The notes under the pieces: model-generated
What the model saw: only the letters and a program-made list of their open reading frames with translations
Databases searched by the model: none
What the model was told of the DNA's origin: nothing
Shown here: piece by piece, positions 1 to 8,747 of the stretch
Numbering within the stretch: position 1 is the stretch's first letter
Layout: each line of letters begins with the position of its first letter
Made by a program: the position numbers and the translations under genes
From: Octopus sinensis
Lineage: Eukaryota
Assembly (NCBI RefSeq): GCF_006345805.1
Contig: NW_021826170.1
Span: 1 to 13,323 of the forward strand
Reading direction: 5' to 3'
DNA length: 13,323 nt

Positions 1-16
1 AAATATATATTTCCAC

Positions 17-74
17 CTAAATGTAGCTAACCCTTAAGGGTGGAAGCTACTGTAGTTTGTAGCCCCAGGAAGAC
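17..74. repeat. Direct repeat copy 1 (about 58-75 bp)
   Basis: ctaaatgtagctaacccttaagggtggaagctactgtagtttgtagccccaggaagac aligns ungapped to 370-427 with 9 mismatches. Confidence 0.9.
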
Positions 75-149
75 TTCTCCTCCAGCTGGCTGTTAACACA
101 ATTTCTGCGCCCTATCAGTATTTGCAAAGGAAAGTCATCCTTCCTATCT

Positions 150-225
150 CCAGCCTGACGTGATACACACGGACCCGGGTTTCTGAGTATTGACCCATCA
201 TCAGCGTGTGTCAACCACCGGCTGG
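150..225 (-). ncRNA. Type I hammerhead ribozyme (core 211-165)
   Basis: Minus strand reads acacacg CUGAUGA ugggu-caau-acuca GAAA cccgg GUC cgugugu. Stem I is 7 bp, stem II is 5 bp with a CAAU loop, stem III is minimal and palindromic (CCCGGG), and the cleavage triplet is GUC (174-172). All conserved core nucleotides are present. Stem I extends via guggu/aucac and ccagcc/ggcugg. Confidence 0.9.
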
Positions 226-369
226 CGATGTGATTCCCAATGCAAATATATATATACTTTTTCCAGTGACGAAAAGTCACTGATCTCGAAAAAGTGGAAA
301 CAAGCAATAATAAATCTCTGAGCAAGGTATAAACAGTAGCTGCACGACATCGTGAAATATATTTGCCGT

Positions 370-427
370 CTAAATGTGACTAACCCTTAAGGGTTGATGC
401 TACTGTTTCTTGTAGACCAAGGAAGAC
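370..427. repeat. Direct repeat copy 2
   Basis: ctaaatgtgactaacccttaagggttgatgctactgtttcttgtagaccaaggaagac; partner of 17-74. Similarity stops at about 430. Confidence 0.9.
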
Positions 428-685
428 ATTTCGTATAACCACCCAAGTTGTATTGAACTATATATGGTCCGTGAGTGACGTGCATTGTCTCTTGCAACTT
501 TTGGAAAATGCTGCAATATGGCTCCTGTAATGATTCTTTTAACATTTGATCCAACAGATCATCCTTAGTAGATCAGTCGGGGGCAGGGAGAGAGAGCTGC
601 ACTAGCAATGGAATGGTGTCATTTTCTGGTAATTAAAGTAGGCAAACATAGAATTAATCGCTTTGCTTAATGAAACCACGCTTTA

Positions 686-754
686 CCCGAAGCAGGAATT
701 GAATCGATGATATTATGATCGTCAAACGAACACGCCTAACCACTAGACCACACG
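686..754 (-). mobile_element. Degenerate tRNA-derived SINE head
   Basis: Minus strand cgtgTGGTCTAGTGGttagg...GATTCAATTCCtg has A-box-like and B-box-like motifs at tRNA spacing but no complete cloverleaf. Confidence 0.45.
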
Positions 755-762
755 TTTTTACT

Positions 763-763
<1 letters not shown>

Positions 764-796
<33 letters not shown>
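764..796. repeat. (CA)n microsatellite
   Basis: About 16 perfect CA units. Confidence 0.95.
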
Positions 797-799
<3 letters not shown>

Positions 800-801
<2 letters not shown>

Positions 802-901
802 CGTATAAACATACAGACATGCATACATTGCTACATACGTGCATAAATGTATATACACAAATGTACAAATATGTATGCATATATGTATATGCATTATTGT
901 G

Positions 902-932
<31 letters not shown>

Positions 933-1040
933 GCTTACTTGGAAATGGATGCGTGGCATTCAATCATATAATAATATAAATAATTATATACATATATAAT
1001 ATTATATATATACACCATACATATATATGTAAGTACATAT
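800..1040. repeat. Compound TA/TACA low-complexity tract including (TA)n at about 907-932
   Basis: Read directly from the sequence. Confidence 0.85.
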
Positions 1041-1482
1041 GTATGTGTTATTGTTCGGTTTTATTTTAGATTTCTTGCCAGTAGAAAAAAGAGAGACAGT
1101 TTTCTAACCTAGATCCAAGACGCCTTCATTGGAATGCCAACATCAACAACAGTATATTTTGTTTGTTTGTATATATGTAGTAAGTATGTATATATGTATG
1201 TATGTTTGTATGTATATATGTATGTTTGCATGTATGTATGTATTTATTCATGTATGTATGTATGCGTGCAGATTTGTACGTTTTGTTTTATGTATGTATT
1301 CTCATGCATATACTTACATATCTAGACATGCTCATATATACTCAAAGGATAAACCTCTGGAAAGTTTTGCATATTTTTACACTTCTAGGGATGTACTGGA
1401 TCTCTAGGCTTCGAATCAGCTTTCTCCTTTTTGGTTTTGAGAAGGCTAATTTCTGAAGATTGGTATTTAGGCACATTGGTAT
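1041..1482 (-). mobile_element. 5'-truncated 3' end of an RLE-type (R4/Dong-like) non-LTR retrotransposon: ORF terminus plus 3' UTR with internal (TACA)n
   Basis: Minus-strand frame 1482-1342 ends in a C-terminus resembling RLE LINE ends. The putative UTR has an AATAAA (1065-1060) and ends in a TACA-like tail. The family call is from remembered similarity, not a search. Confidence 0.55.
1342..1482 (-). pseudogene. Relic C-terminal 46 aa of a non-LTR retrotransposon ORF
   Basis: Translation IPMCLNTNLQKLAFSKPKRRKLIRSLEIQYIPRSVKICKTFQRFIL*. It resembles the L..LG.....I..IQ......V.IC..F pattern at the end of R4/Dong-type ORFs. Upstream it runs into microsatellite. Confidence 0.5.
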
Positions 1483-1882
1483 GTGTGTATATATGTATGT
1501 ATGTGAGTATTATGTACATGTGAGTGCGTGTGCGTATGTGTCTGTATGCATGTGTATGTGTCCTTTCGTGCCGGTAATTATCTATATGTTTTCTTCGTTT
1601 TAGTCATATCTGTTCTTCGGACTGTTTTCTTCATCTTTGATGTATTATTCACACAAAGCCTCCACAATTTTTCTTTCATGGCTCCGTGGAACAGGACAAT
1701 ATGAAGCCGAAAGAAAATCAAAATTGTTATTAGAAATATTGGCAGCGGTTACATCACATCAGATTGGTTTATAGATAACATGTCACGAGATATAAAGAAT
1801 TATGTTGGAAAAACAAAATCTAAACTGACTTAGAAGGGACTGTATCAAGAATATGAATACGAAACAAGCCTTATATTCATAT

Positions 1883-2019
1883 GAATATATGTATGTATAT
1901 ATGTATGTACGTATGCATGTAAGCATCATACATGTATAGACATATCTACATATATATATATATATGTATATATTCCTATGTATGTATGTCGGTAGGCATT
2001 TATAAATGAATGTATATAC

Positions 2020-2050
<31 letters not shown>

Positions 2051-2053
2051 CTA

Positions 2054-2097
<44 letters not shown>

Positions 2098-2128
2098 TGC
2101 ATATATATAATATATATAGATATATCTA

Positions 2129-2160
<32 letters not shown>

Positions 2161-2250
2161 GTATACATATATATATATACATGTATATAATATATATTTA
2201 TATGTGTACATATGTATATATGTATATATATATATATACATGTATATTTA
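1883..2250. repeat. Compound (TA)n/(TATG)n microsatellite field
   Basis: Long interrupted TA runs; source of the spurious Y/I-rich ORFs. Confidence 0.9.
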
Positions 2251-2384
2251 GTGAGGGAGAGGCAGTGTGAGGGAGAGCAAGAAATAACAGGAATCTTCAA
2301 TGAATTCATCTAACATGTCATATATTAGACGGGGACAACTATGTAGATTCATACCTTATAAATCAAATCTAAGACATGTTATCT

Positions 2385-2825
2385 CTGTATATACATCTCT
2401 TTGCATACCATACACACACATATGAATATCAATTCATATGTATGTATATATATATATATATATACATGTATGTATATATATATGCATTTATTTATGTGTG
2501 TGTGTGTGTATGTTATATACATATATACATGCAATTATATATATATTGTATATATATTATATATACATATTATATATATATATATATATCCGTAAATATA
2601 GAAAGTTGCACAAAAGTAAAACTATCTAATACGTAGCATACATAAGTTATTATGTCACGTTATTATGTGTGAACATGCAAAATGATATATACATATAGCA
2701 CACATATAACACACATATATATGTGTTTGTCTGTTTGTATGTGTGCATGGATATAAGATTTTGTTTATATATATGAGTGAGTAAATATGTATATTTATGT
2801 ATGTATATCATATTTATGTAATATA
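2385..2825. repeat. Compound TA/TG/CA microsatellite field
   Basis: Read directly from the sequence; a short unique stretch lies at about 2590-2650. Confidence 0.8.
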
Positions 2826-2916
2826 CATCAGAATGACAAGAACATACCCACAATGAATATAAATAAGGAGCCTAAAACAAATTTAATACCAAAAAACCCA
2901 CATCAAAAACCATAAC

Positions 2917-2945
2917 AGTAGTAGTAGTAGTAATAATAATAATAA

Positions 2946-2998
<53 letters not shown>

Positions 2999-3004
2999 TA
3001 ATAA
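2917..3004. repeat. (AGT)n(AAT)n trinucleotide microsatellite
   Basis: About 5 AGT units followed by about 22 AAT units with one interruption. Confidence 0.95.
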
Positions 3005-3439
3005 ACCTAAGATGAGAGTGTCTGTGTACAGTAAGAAATAAAACATAAAACAATAATATATTCAGATAAAACCAGAGATGAATCAATGGGGAAATTGATG
3101 GTGTTTTAAAAGTAAAAAAATATGCTACCAAACTTTAAAGGGAAATATATAAACATACTACGCAGCGGAAATGTCTGAAACAAGAATATAAATTAAAACA
3201 GGAGATACATGTGATTGTTCCAATGATTTTGAGAGAAGCAAATGGAAACCTTTAAGAACACATTGAGATAGTTACACTCCACCCCATTTTTTGCACGAGC
3301 GGCCATCCTGAGGTGGCTACATGTCATTGAAAGTAGAGGTAAATCTAACATGAATATCATAGAATTACCTCCAATTCTGAAAAAATGAATATAGAATAAA
3401 CGTAATACATATGAATAAAGAAAGAAAAATTAATAAGTT

Positions 3440-4190
3440 TTTTGTACTATAGGCAAAAGACCCTAAATTTTGTGCGGAGGTACTAGTCGGTTGCATCATC
3501 TGGTACTTATTTTATCGAGTTCGAAAGAGTGAATGGCAAAGTCAACCGCGGTGGAATTTGAATTCAAAACGCCAGTCCGGATGAAATACCTATTTCTTTA
3601 CTACCCACAAGGGGCTAAACACAGAGGGGACAAACAAGGACAGACATAGGTATTAAGTCGATAACATCTACCCCAGTGCGTAACTGGTATTTAATTTATC
3701 GACTCCGAAAGGATGAAAGGCAAAGTCGACCTCAGCTGAATTTGAACTCAGAACGTAGTGGCAGACGAAATACCTATTTCTTTATTGCCCACAAGGGGCT
3801 AAACACAGAGAGGACAAACAAGGACGGACAAACGGATTAAGTCGATTATATCGACCCAGTGCGTAACTGGTACTTATTTAATCGACCCCGAAAGGATGAA
3901 AGGCAAAGTCGACCTCGGCGGAATTTGAACTCACAACGTAACGGCAGACGAAATACCTATTTCTTTACTAACCAAAAAGGGGCTAAACACAGAGAGGACA
4001 AACAAGGACGGACAAACGGATTAAGTCGATTATATCGACCCCAGTGCGTAACTGGTACTTATTTAATCGACCCCGAATGGATGAAAGCCAAAGTCGACGT
4101 CGGCGGAATTCGAACTCAGATCGTAACGGCAGGCGAAATACCGCTAAGCATTTTGTCTGGTGCAGTAAGTATTCTGCCTGCTCACTATCC
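3440..4190 (-). mobile_element. Tetrameric tRNA-derived SINE array (family M, Meta-domain-like body): one head, three ~184-bp units and a terminal body with a different tail
   Basis: Head at 4190-4143 (A-box-like TAGGCAGAAT region); units 4142-3958, 3957-3775 and 3774-3591; terminal body 3590-3440. Bodies carry a B-box-like GAGTTCAAATTCC and GTCGACTTTGCCTTTCATCCTTTCGGGGTCGAT. The Meta-domain name is from memory. Confidence 0.85.
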
Positions 4191-4742
4191 TTAAATAAAA
4201 CAATAAAAGCAATTAAAAGCAGAGAAAAAGAGACTCCCTGTGGGTATTACTTGTTAAATTGGAAATGAAATTATTAAAATTAAACTTTGCGTATAGTCAT
4301 TTTAACATGACCTTGTATGTAGAAATACGTAGAAATGGTTATTTACACAGTTTTATCCGTAAATTTTTCGTCTACTTTTTAAAAAGTGGTCCATTCATTA
4401 TTTGTTCGCTTGCATTGTTTTTTGTCAGTGGTTTTCAAAACTGATATATATTTTTATTATATTTTTATTAGGGTATCTATTATATTTATTTTTTGTTTTG
4501 GTATATGAATGGTAGAGAGAATAATAGAAATATGAAAATGAAACAAAAATTAAAAAAAAAACAATCATTGCAGTGAAGTGAAGGCTATAAGGTTATAACA
4601 ACATTGATTTTAATTGGGAAATCGGAAAACAGAAAAACAAATAATGTTAAAGTTTTTGGAGAATTGTGTACCGAACAACATACACGTTCTGATCGAATGT
4701 CAAGTACTGCAGTGCATTGACGGAATTCTATAAATCTTTATA

Positions 4743-4868
4743 TCACATACACAGACACATACACAGACACAAACACACACAAACACACACATACACACAC
4801 GTATACAAGCACACACACATACACACTCACACGTATACATACACAGATATATACACACACTCACACAC
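4743..4868. repeat. Interrupted (CA)n-rich tract
   Basis: Read directly from the sequence. Confidence 0.85.
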
Positions 4869-5309
4869 TAAATCAAAATGTGAAAGATAGAAGTACTTTG
4901 TATAGAAAACAGATAGTAATGCTCAAATGATTTGAATTTAAACAGCGAAAACTTAATCGAATACTAGACCCAAGGGCTATAGGGTGCTTTTAAGGGAAAT
5001 GTTACAGAATCTCCCAAAACTAGACACCAGTATCTAAGCGTAACCTAAGCTCAATGAGGTTATCTATATAGAGAACCACTATTAATGTAAGTAATCTCTA
5101 CAGACCATCAATCCAAAAACGCTCCACGAAAATGAAATAACACAGAATAAAGAGATTAAAGGAAAAAATTTCACAGACAAGCGTACTGAATATGTATTCC
5201 CCTCATCAGCTGCCAAACGAATATCACTATGGTTTCGACACCTGGAGAGTACCACTGAATCCGGCAGTGTTCACAGTGTTAAAAACATAACCGCTGCCTA
5301 GTAATGGAT

Positions 5310-5567
5310 TGTAGTTTGTTCCTTCTCGAGCATTGCCTGGCTCATAAGGGCCAGTTTCCCGGTTTCTTAGCGTATAAGTTCCCCACCTGGACGGGACACC
5401 GGTCCATCACAGGTGAGCTGCAAGATGCCGGAGGAAGGAGTGAGAGAAATTTGGGGCAGGAAGAGTCATCAGAAGTTTCGCCATTACCTTCTGCCGGAAC
5501 TGCGTGGAGCTTGGGTGTTTCGCTCATAAACACACACATCATCCGGTCTGAGATTCGAACTCGTGAA
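5310..5567 (-). mobile_element. 5'-truncated tRNA-derived SINE (family T head/body) with a V-domain-like tail
   Basis: Minus strand has B-box GTTCGAATCTC (5560-5550) and a body about 70% similar to 5897-6032. The tail cctgtgatggaccggtgtcccgtccaggtgggg resembles V-SINE GCGATGGACTGGC..CCCGTCCAGGG (domain name from memory). The A-box is missing. Confidence 0.7.
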
Positions 5568-5746
5568 ACAATTAGCATTAACTCAATAGCTACAAAACAG
5601 TGCCTGTAAAACAAGGGCCTTGCTCTCAGAAAGGGACACTGTGACCCTAAAACCGTAATACAAAGGAAAAGGCGATCTTAATATGTTAAAGGAAACCTCC
5701 GATACTCGACATAACACCAACCGAAAGAACAGCAAACCCAAAACTT

Positions 5747-5830
<84 letters not shown>
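5747..5830. repeat. (TA)n(GA)n compound microsatellite
   Basis: Read directly from the sequence; abuts the SINE target site. Confidence 0.95.
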
Positions 5831-5833
<3 letters not shown>

Positions 5834-5847
5834 GGGAGAGAGATTAC

Positions 5848-6161
5848 GGAGGCGCAATGGCCCAGTGGTTAGGGCAACGGACTCGCGGTCGTAAGATCGC
5901 GGTTTCGATTCCCAGACCGGGCGTTGTGAGTGTTTATTAAGCGAAAACACCTAAAAACTCCACGAGCCTACGCCAGGGGGTGGGGGATGGCGATCCCTGC
6001 TGTACTCTTTCGCCACAACTTTCTCTCACTCTTTCTTCTGTTGGCCTGCTCGCTTAGCCAGCAGTGTGGCGTTATTTGAAGGCGAAAAACAATGCGAAGC
6101 GCATTGTGACCAGCGATGTGTAGCAACATCTGATAGCCTGGTCGGTCACGTGATCACGTGA
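5848..6161 (+). mobile_element. Full-length tRNA-derived SINE (family T) with target-site duplication
   Basis: A-box TGGCCCAGTGG (5858-5868), B-box-like GGTTTCGATTCCC (5901-5913) and tail TCACGTGATCACGTGA. Flanked by gagagagattac at 5836-5847 and 6174-6185. Confidence 0.85.
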
Positions 6162-6819
6162 TATATATATAGAGAGAGAGATTACGCAACGAACATACTA
6201 TATAAGATACGTTGTTTCTCAATTTAAATTACATCCCAAACATGAAACCACGCAGAAAACAAACCTAATAAAAATTAGCGGAACAGTAAGTCTCACAAAC
6301 AGTGTCCTCCTACAATATACAAGTAAAAACACAATTATAGCTCTATTTACACATATGTTCAATATTATAAAATAAATTAAACCAATAAATTACTGTCTAA
6401 AAGAAAACAATAAAAAGTTCAAAAGTTAAAACAGATTTTAAATTAATTTGAATTAAAAATTATATATAAATATAATAAATATATATATATAACAATAAAG
6501 ACAAGGCAAAAACTACCTAATTAAAACAAATTTTAATTAATCAAACTTCCTAACGACAATGAGATTATACACACACACATACACACAAATACACATATAC
6601 ATAAATATATACTGGTTTAGTGATGCAATTAGGAGAATAGAACTCCAAACATGAGTATGTATACGTTGTTTATCAACGATCAGTAGAAGTGCCGTGTAAT
6701 TCAAGGGCGAAGATCTTCGTGCATGGCGACCTATGATATGACTTGCCCGTTAAGCCATTGATTAAATATATAAATATGGGAAAACCATTTGAAAATTATG
6801 CACTATCCATGTGACATAC

Positions 6820-7041
6820 ACTTTTACTCTTTTACTTGTTTCAGTCATGTGACTATTGCCGTGCTGGAGCACCGCCTTTAGTCGAGCAAATCGACCCCTG
6901 GACTTATTCTTTGTAAGCCTAGTACTTATTCTTTCGGACTCTTTTGCCGAACTGCTAAGTTACGGGGACGTAAACACACCAGCATCAGTTGTCAAGCGAT
7001 GTTGTGGTGATAAACACAGACACACAAACATATAAACACAC

Positions 7042-7042
<1 letters not shown>
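6820..7042 (-). mobile_element. 3' half of a family K SINE, truncated at its internal microsatellite
   Basis: Reverse complement closely matches 12705-12915, including the gtaaaagagtaaaag terminal repeat. Confidence 0.9.

Positions 7043-7044
<2 letters not shown>

Positions 7045-7124
<80 letters not shown>
7045..7124. repeat. (GATA)20 perfect tetranucleotide microsatellite
   Basis: 80 bp of uninterrupted GATA. Confidence 0.97.
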
Positions 7125-7126
<2 letters not shown>

Positions 7127-7337
7127 TATTTAAAATTATAATTTAGGATATCTAAGAGATACCACCACGCTGGAAATAGCAGTCAAAACTTGACTCTAAA
7201 ACCACATTATTGTTCCATTCGTGTTTTTTTGCTAAGACTCAGTCTAACTATTACTACGAGTGTGGCCCTGTAATATGTCTAAGTGTCGTGTCTGTTCCTT
7301 ACAGTGCCTTATTTAAAAAATGACCGCCAAATAGGAA

Positions 7338-7525
7338 GTGACTGTTGTTGACGGTGATGTTAATAAAGCTAATGGATGTGTTGGTGGGCAAAAGGAGCGG
7401 TTAAATGCGGTAATAACGATTGCAGTGGAAATGATGTTAATGATGGTGGTGAGGAACATGATTTTGCTAATGGCGGGAACAATGGTCGGGGTGTCTTTCG
7501 TGGTGATGACGGTGGTGGTAAGTGA
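7338..7525. repeat. Decayed (GAT/GGT/AAT)n cryptic triplet repeat
   Basis: Strong G-N-T triplet periodicity with a phase slip; explains the 7338-7598 ORF. Confidence 0.65.
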
Positions 7526-7873
7526 TATCTCCAGGCTGGATGTGAGAGCACGAAGGCCAATTCAATTGTCCATAAGGATTAAGGAGCCAAAAAAATAGGA
7601 ACAAAAAATTCAAAACCAACACGCAGACACATCCACAAACACGAAAATACATTCGTAAACGTACATGCATATATTTATATAGACACGATGCAAAAGATAC
7701 ACATACATCCATATGTGTGTGTGGTGTGTGGTGTGTGTGTGTATACAAATCAATTAGGTTACCGAAACACCAGCTTGCTAGAAATAGAAGTCAACACTCC
7801 AAAGCGACGAATTACTATAGAGAAAGACGCACGGCAGATGTAAAGAATATAATAAAAATAGGCATTAACCTTT

Positions 7874-8126
7874 CTGCGTTGTGTCCTTGAGCAAGACACT
7901 TTAGCTCACTTTGCTCCAGTCCACTCAACTGGCAAAAATGAGTAGTATCTGTATTTCAAAGGTCCAGCTTTATCACACTCTGTGTCGCGTTGAATCTCCC
8001 TGAGAACTACGTTATGGGTATGCTTGTCTGTACAGTACTCAGTCACTTGCACATTAATTTCAGGAGTAGGCTGTTCCGTTGATCAGACCAACCGGAACCT
8101 TCGTCGTTGTAACCGACGGAATGCCA
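7874..8126 (+). mobile_element. Headless CORE-type SINE (family C)
   Basis: TTGTGTCCTTGAGCAAGACACTT..TTGCTCCAGTCCACTCA.CTGG.AAAAATGAGTA is CORE-like. It is followed by about 190 bp recognised from memory as an octopus SINE 3' region ending aaccgacggaatgcca. Confidence 0.7.
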
Positions 8127-8255
8127 TAGGTGTGCTGAAAAGAATTTGAGCTCCGCTGGCAAAGCTTTTAAAGTCACCACACTAGATTGAGGAATGAATC
8201 TGGTTGGGACTAGATTCACTAGTTGAGTAAATAAAAATTATTTTACATTGTAAAA

Positions 8256-8475
8256 GGCGGCGACCTAGCTGAACCATCAGCACGCCGGACAAAAATGGTT
8301 AGTGGCATTTCGTCCGTCTTTACGTTCTGAGTTCAAGTTCCATCGAGGTCGACTTTGCTTTTCATCTTAACGGGGTCAATCAGATAAGTACGATTTCAGC
8401 ACTAGGGTCAGTGAAATTGACTTACCCTACCCCTGGACTTGCTTGCCCATGTGCCAAAATTTGAAATCGTTATTA
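8256..8475 (+). mobile_element. Family M SINE copy 1 (diverged)
   Basis: Head ggcggcgacctagc, B-box-like gagttcaagttcc, tail gtgccaaaatttgaaa. Confidence 0.85.
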
Positions 8476-8497
8476 ATATAATCAAAATAATATGTTA

Positions 8498-8730
8498 GGC
8501 GGCGTGCTGGCAGAGTCGTTAGCACACCGGGCGAAATACTTAACGGCATGCGGTATTTCGTCTGCCACGACTACGTTCCGAGTTCAAATACCACCGAGGT
8601 CGACTTTGCCTTTCATCCTTTCTGGGTCGATAAATTAAGTACCATTCAAAAACTGGGGTCGATGTAATCGACTATCCTTTCCCCAAAATTTTCAGGCATT
8701 TTGCCTATAATACAAAGGATTATCATTATA
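8498..8730 (+). mobile_element. Family M SINE copy 2
   Basis: Head ggcggcgtgctggcagagtcg, conserved body, tail caggc..tgcctataatacaaaggattat. Confidence 0.9.
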
Positions 8731-8747
8731 ATTAAAAGAATCGGTTA

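Larger units (their letters stand above)
1..430 (-). mobile_element. Hammerhead-containing repeat unit with terminal redundancy (non-LTR retrozyme-like monomer or Penelope-like pseudo-LTR remnant); may continue left of the window
   Basis: Direct repeat at 17-74 and 370-427 (offset 353 bp, about 49/58 identical by hand) brackets a type I hammerhead at 211-165. No coding capacity is evident. The class assignment is inferred from known hammerhead-bearing metazoan repeats. Confidence 0.6.

Noticed and set aside
47-325. 92-aa minus-strand ORF across the hammerhead unit
   Set aside because: It starts at a non-ATG codon, has no recognisable RT or GIY-YIG motif, and overlaps a structured RNA; treated as incidental.
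3591-4142. Regularly spaced repeats superficially like a CRISPR array
   Set aside because: Whole units are homologous with no unique spacers, the context is eukaryotic, and there are no cas genes.
3859-4268. ORFs 3859-4194 and 4044-4268 (also 8732-9055) with repeated peptide motifs
   Set aside because: Read-through of SINE units; the peptide repeats simply mirror the 184-bp DNA repeat.
4427-4441. cagtggttttcaaaa resembling a hAT terminal inverted repeat
   Set aside because: No matching opposite end or 8-bp target duplication was found in the window.
4699-4721. Imperfect palindrome gtcaagtactgcagtgcattgac
   Set aside because: Short, with a bulge and a wobble; no associated element.
5185-5240. 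Minus-strand GAAA (5236-5233) and CTGATGA (5209-5203) as a third hammerhead
   Set aside because: I could not build stems I-III with a valid NUH triplet in any topology. It may be a decayed repeat fragment, and a covariance-model scan would settle it.
5466-5479. Minus-strand GAAActtCTGATGA inside the SINE
   Set aside because: Only 3 nt separate the motifs, leaving no room for stems, and the related plus-strand SINE lacks the motif.
5848-5920. tRNA-like sequences here and at 686-754 and 10487-10555 as tRNA genes
   Set aside because: They have A/B boxes but no full cloverleaf or acceptor stem and run into SINE bodies; called SINE heads.
1830-6396. Chain of possible minus-strand microexons (6396-6394, 6309-6297, 3376-3369, 3174-3159, 2871-2848, 1839-1830)
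   Set aside because: AG/GT pairs next to T-rich tracts are expected by chance in DNA this AT-rich. One joined frame is open (RTLFNWRHFRCVAPYLYSLWSLL) but unrecognised. Spliced reads would be needed.
7338-7598. 86-aa hydrophobic ORF
   Set aside because: Explained by a decayed GAT/GGT triplet repeat; non-ATG start.
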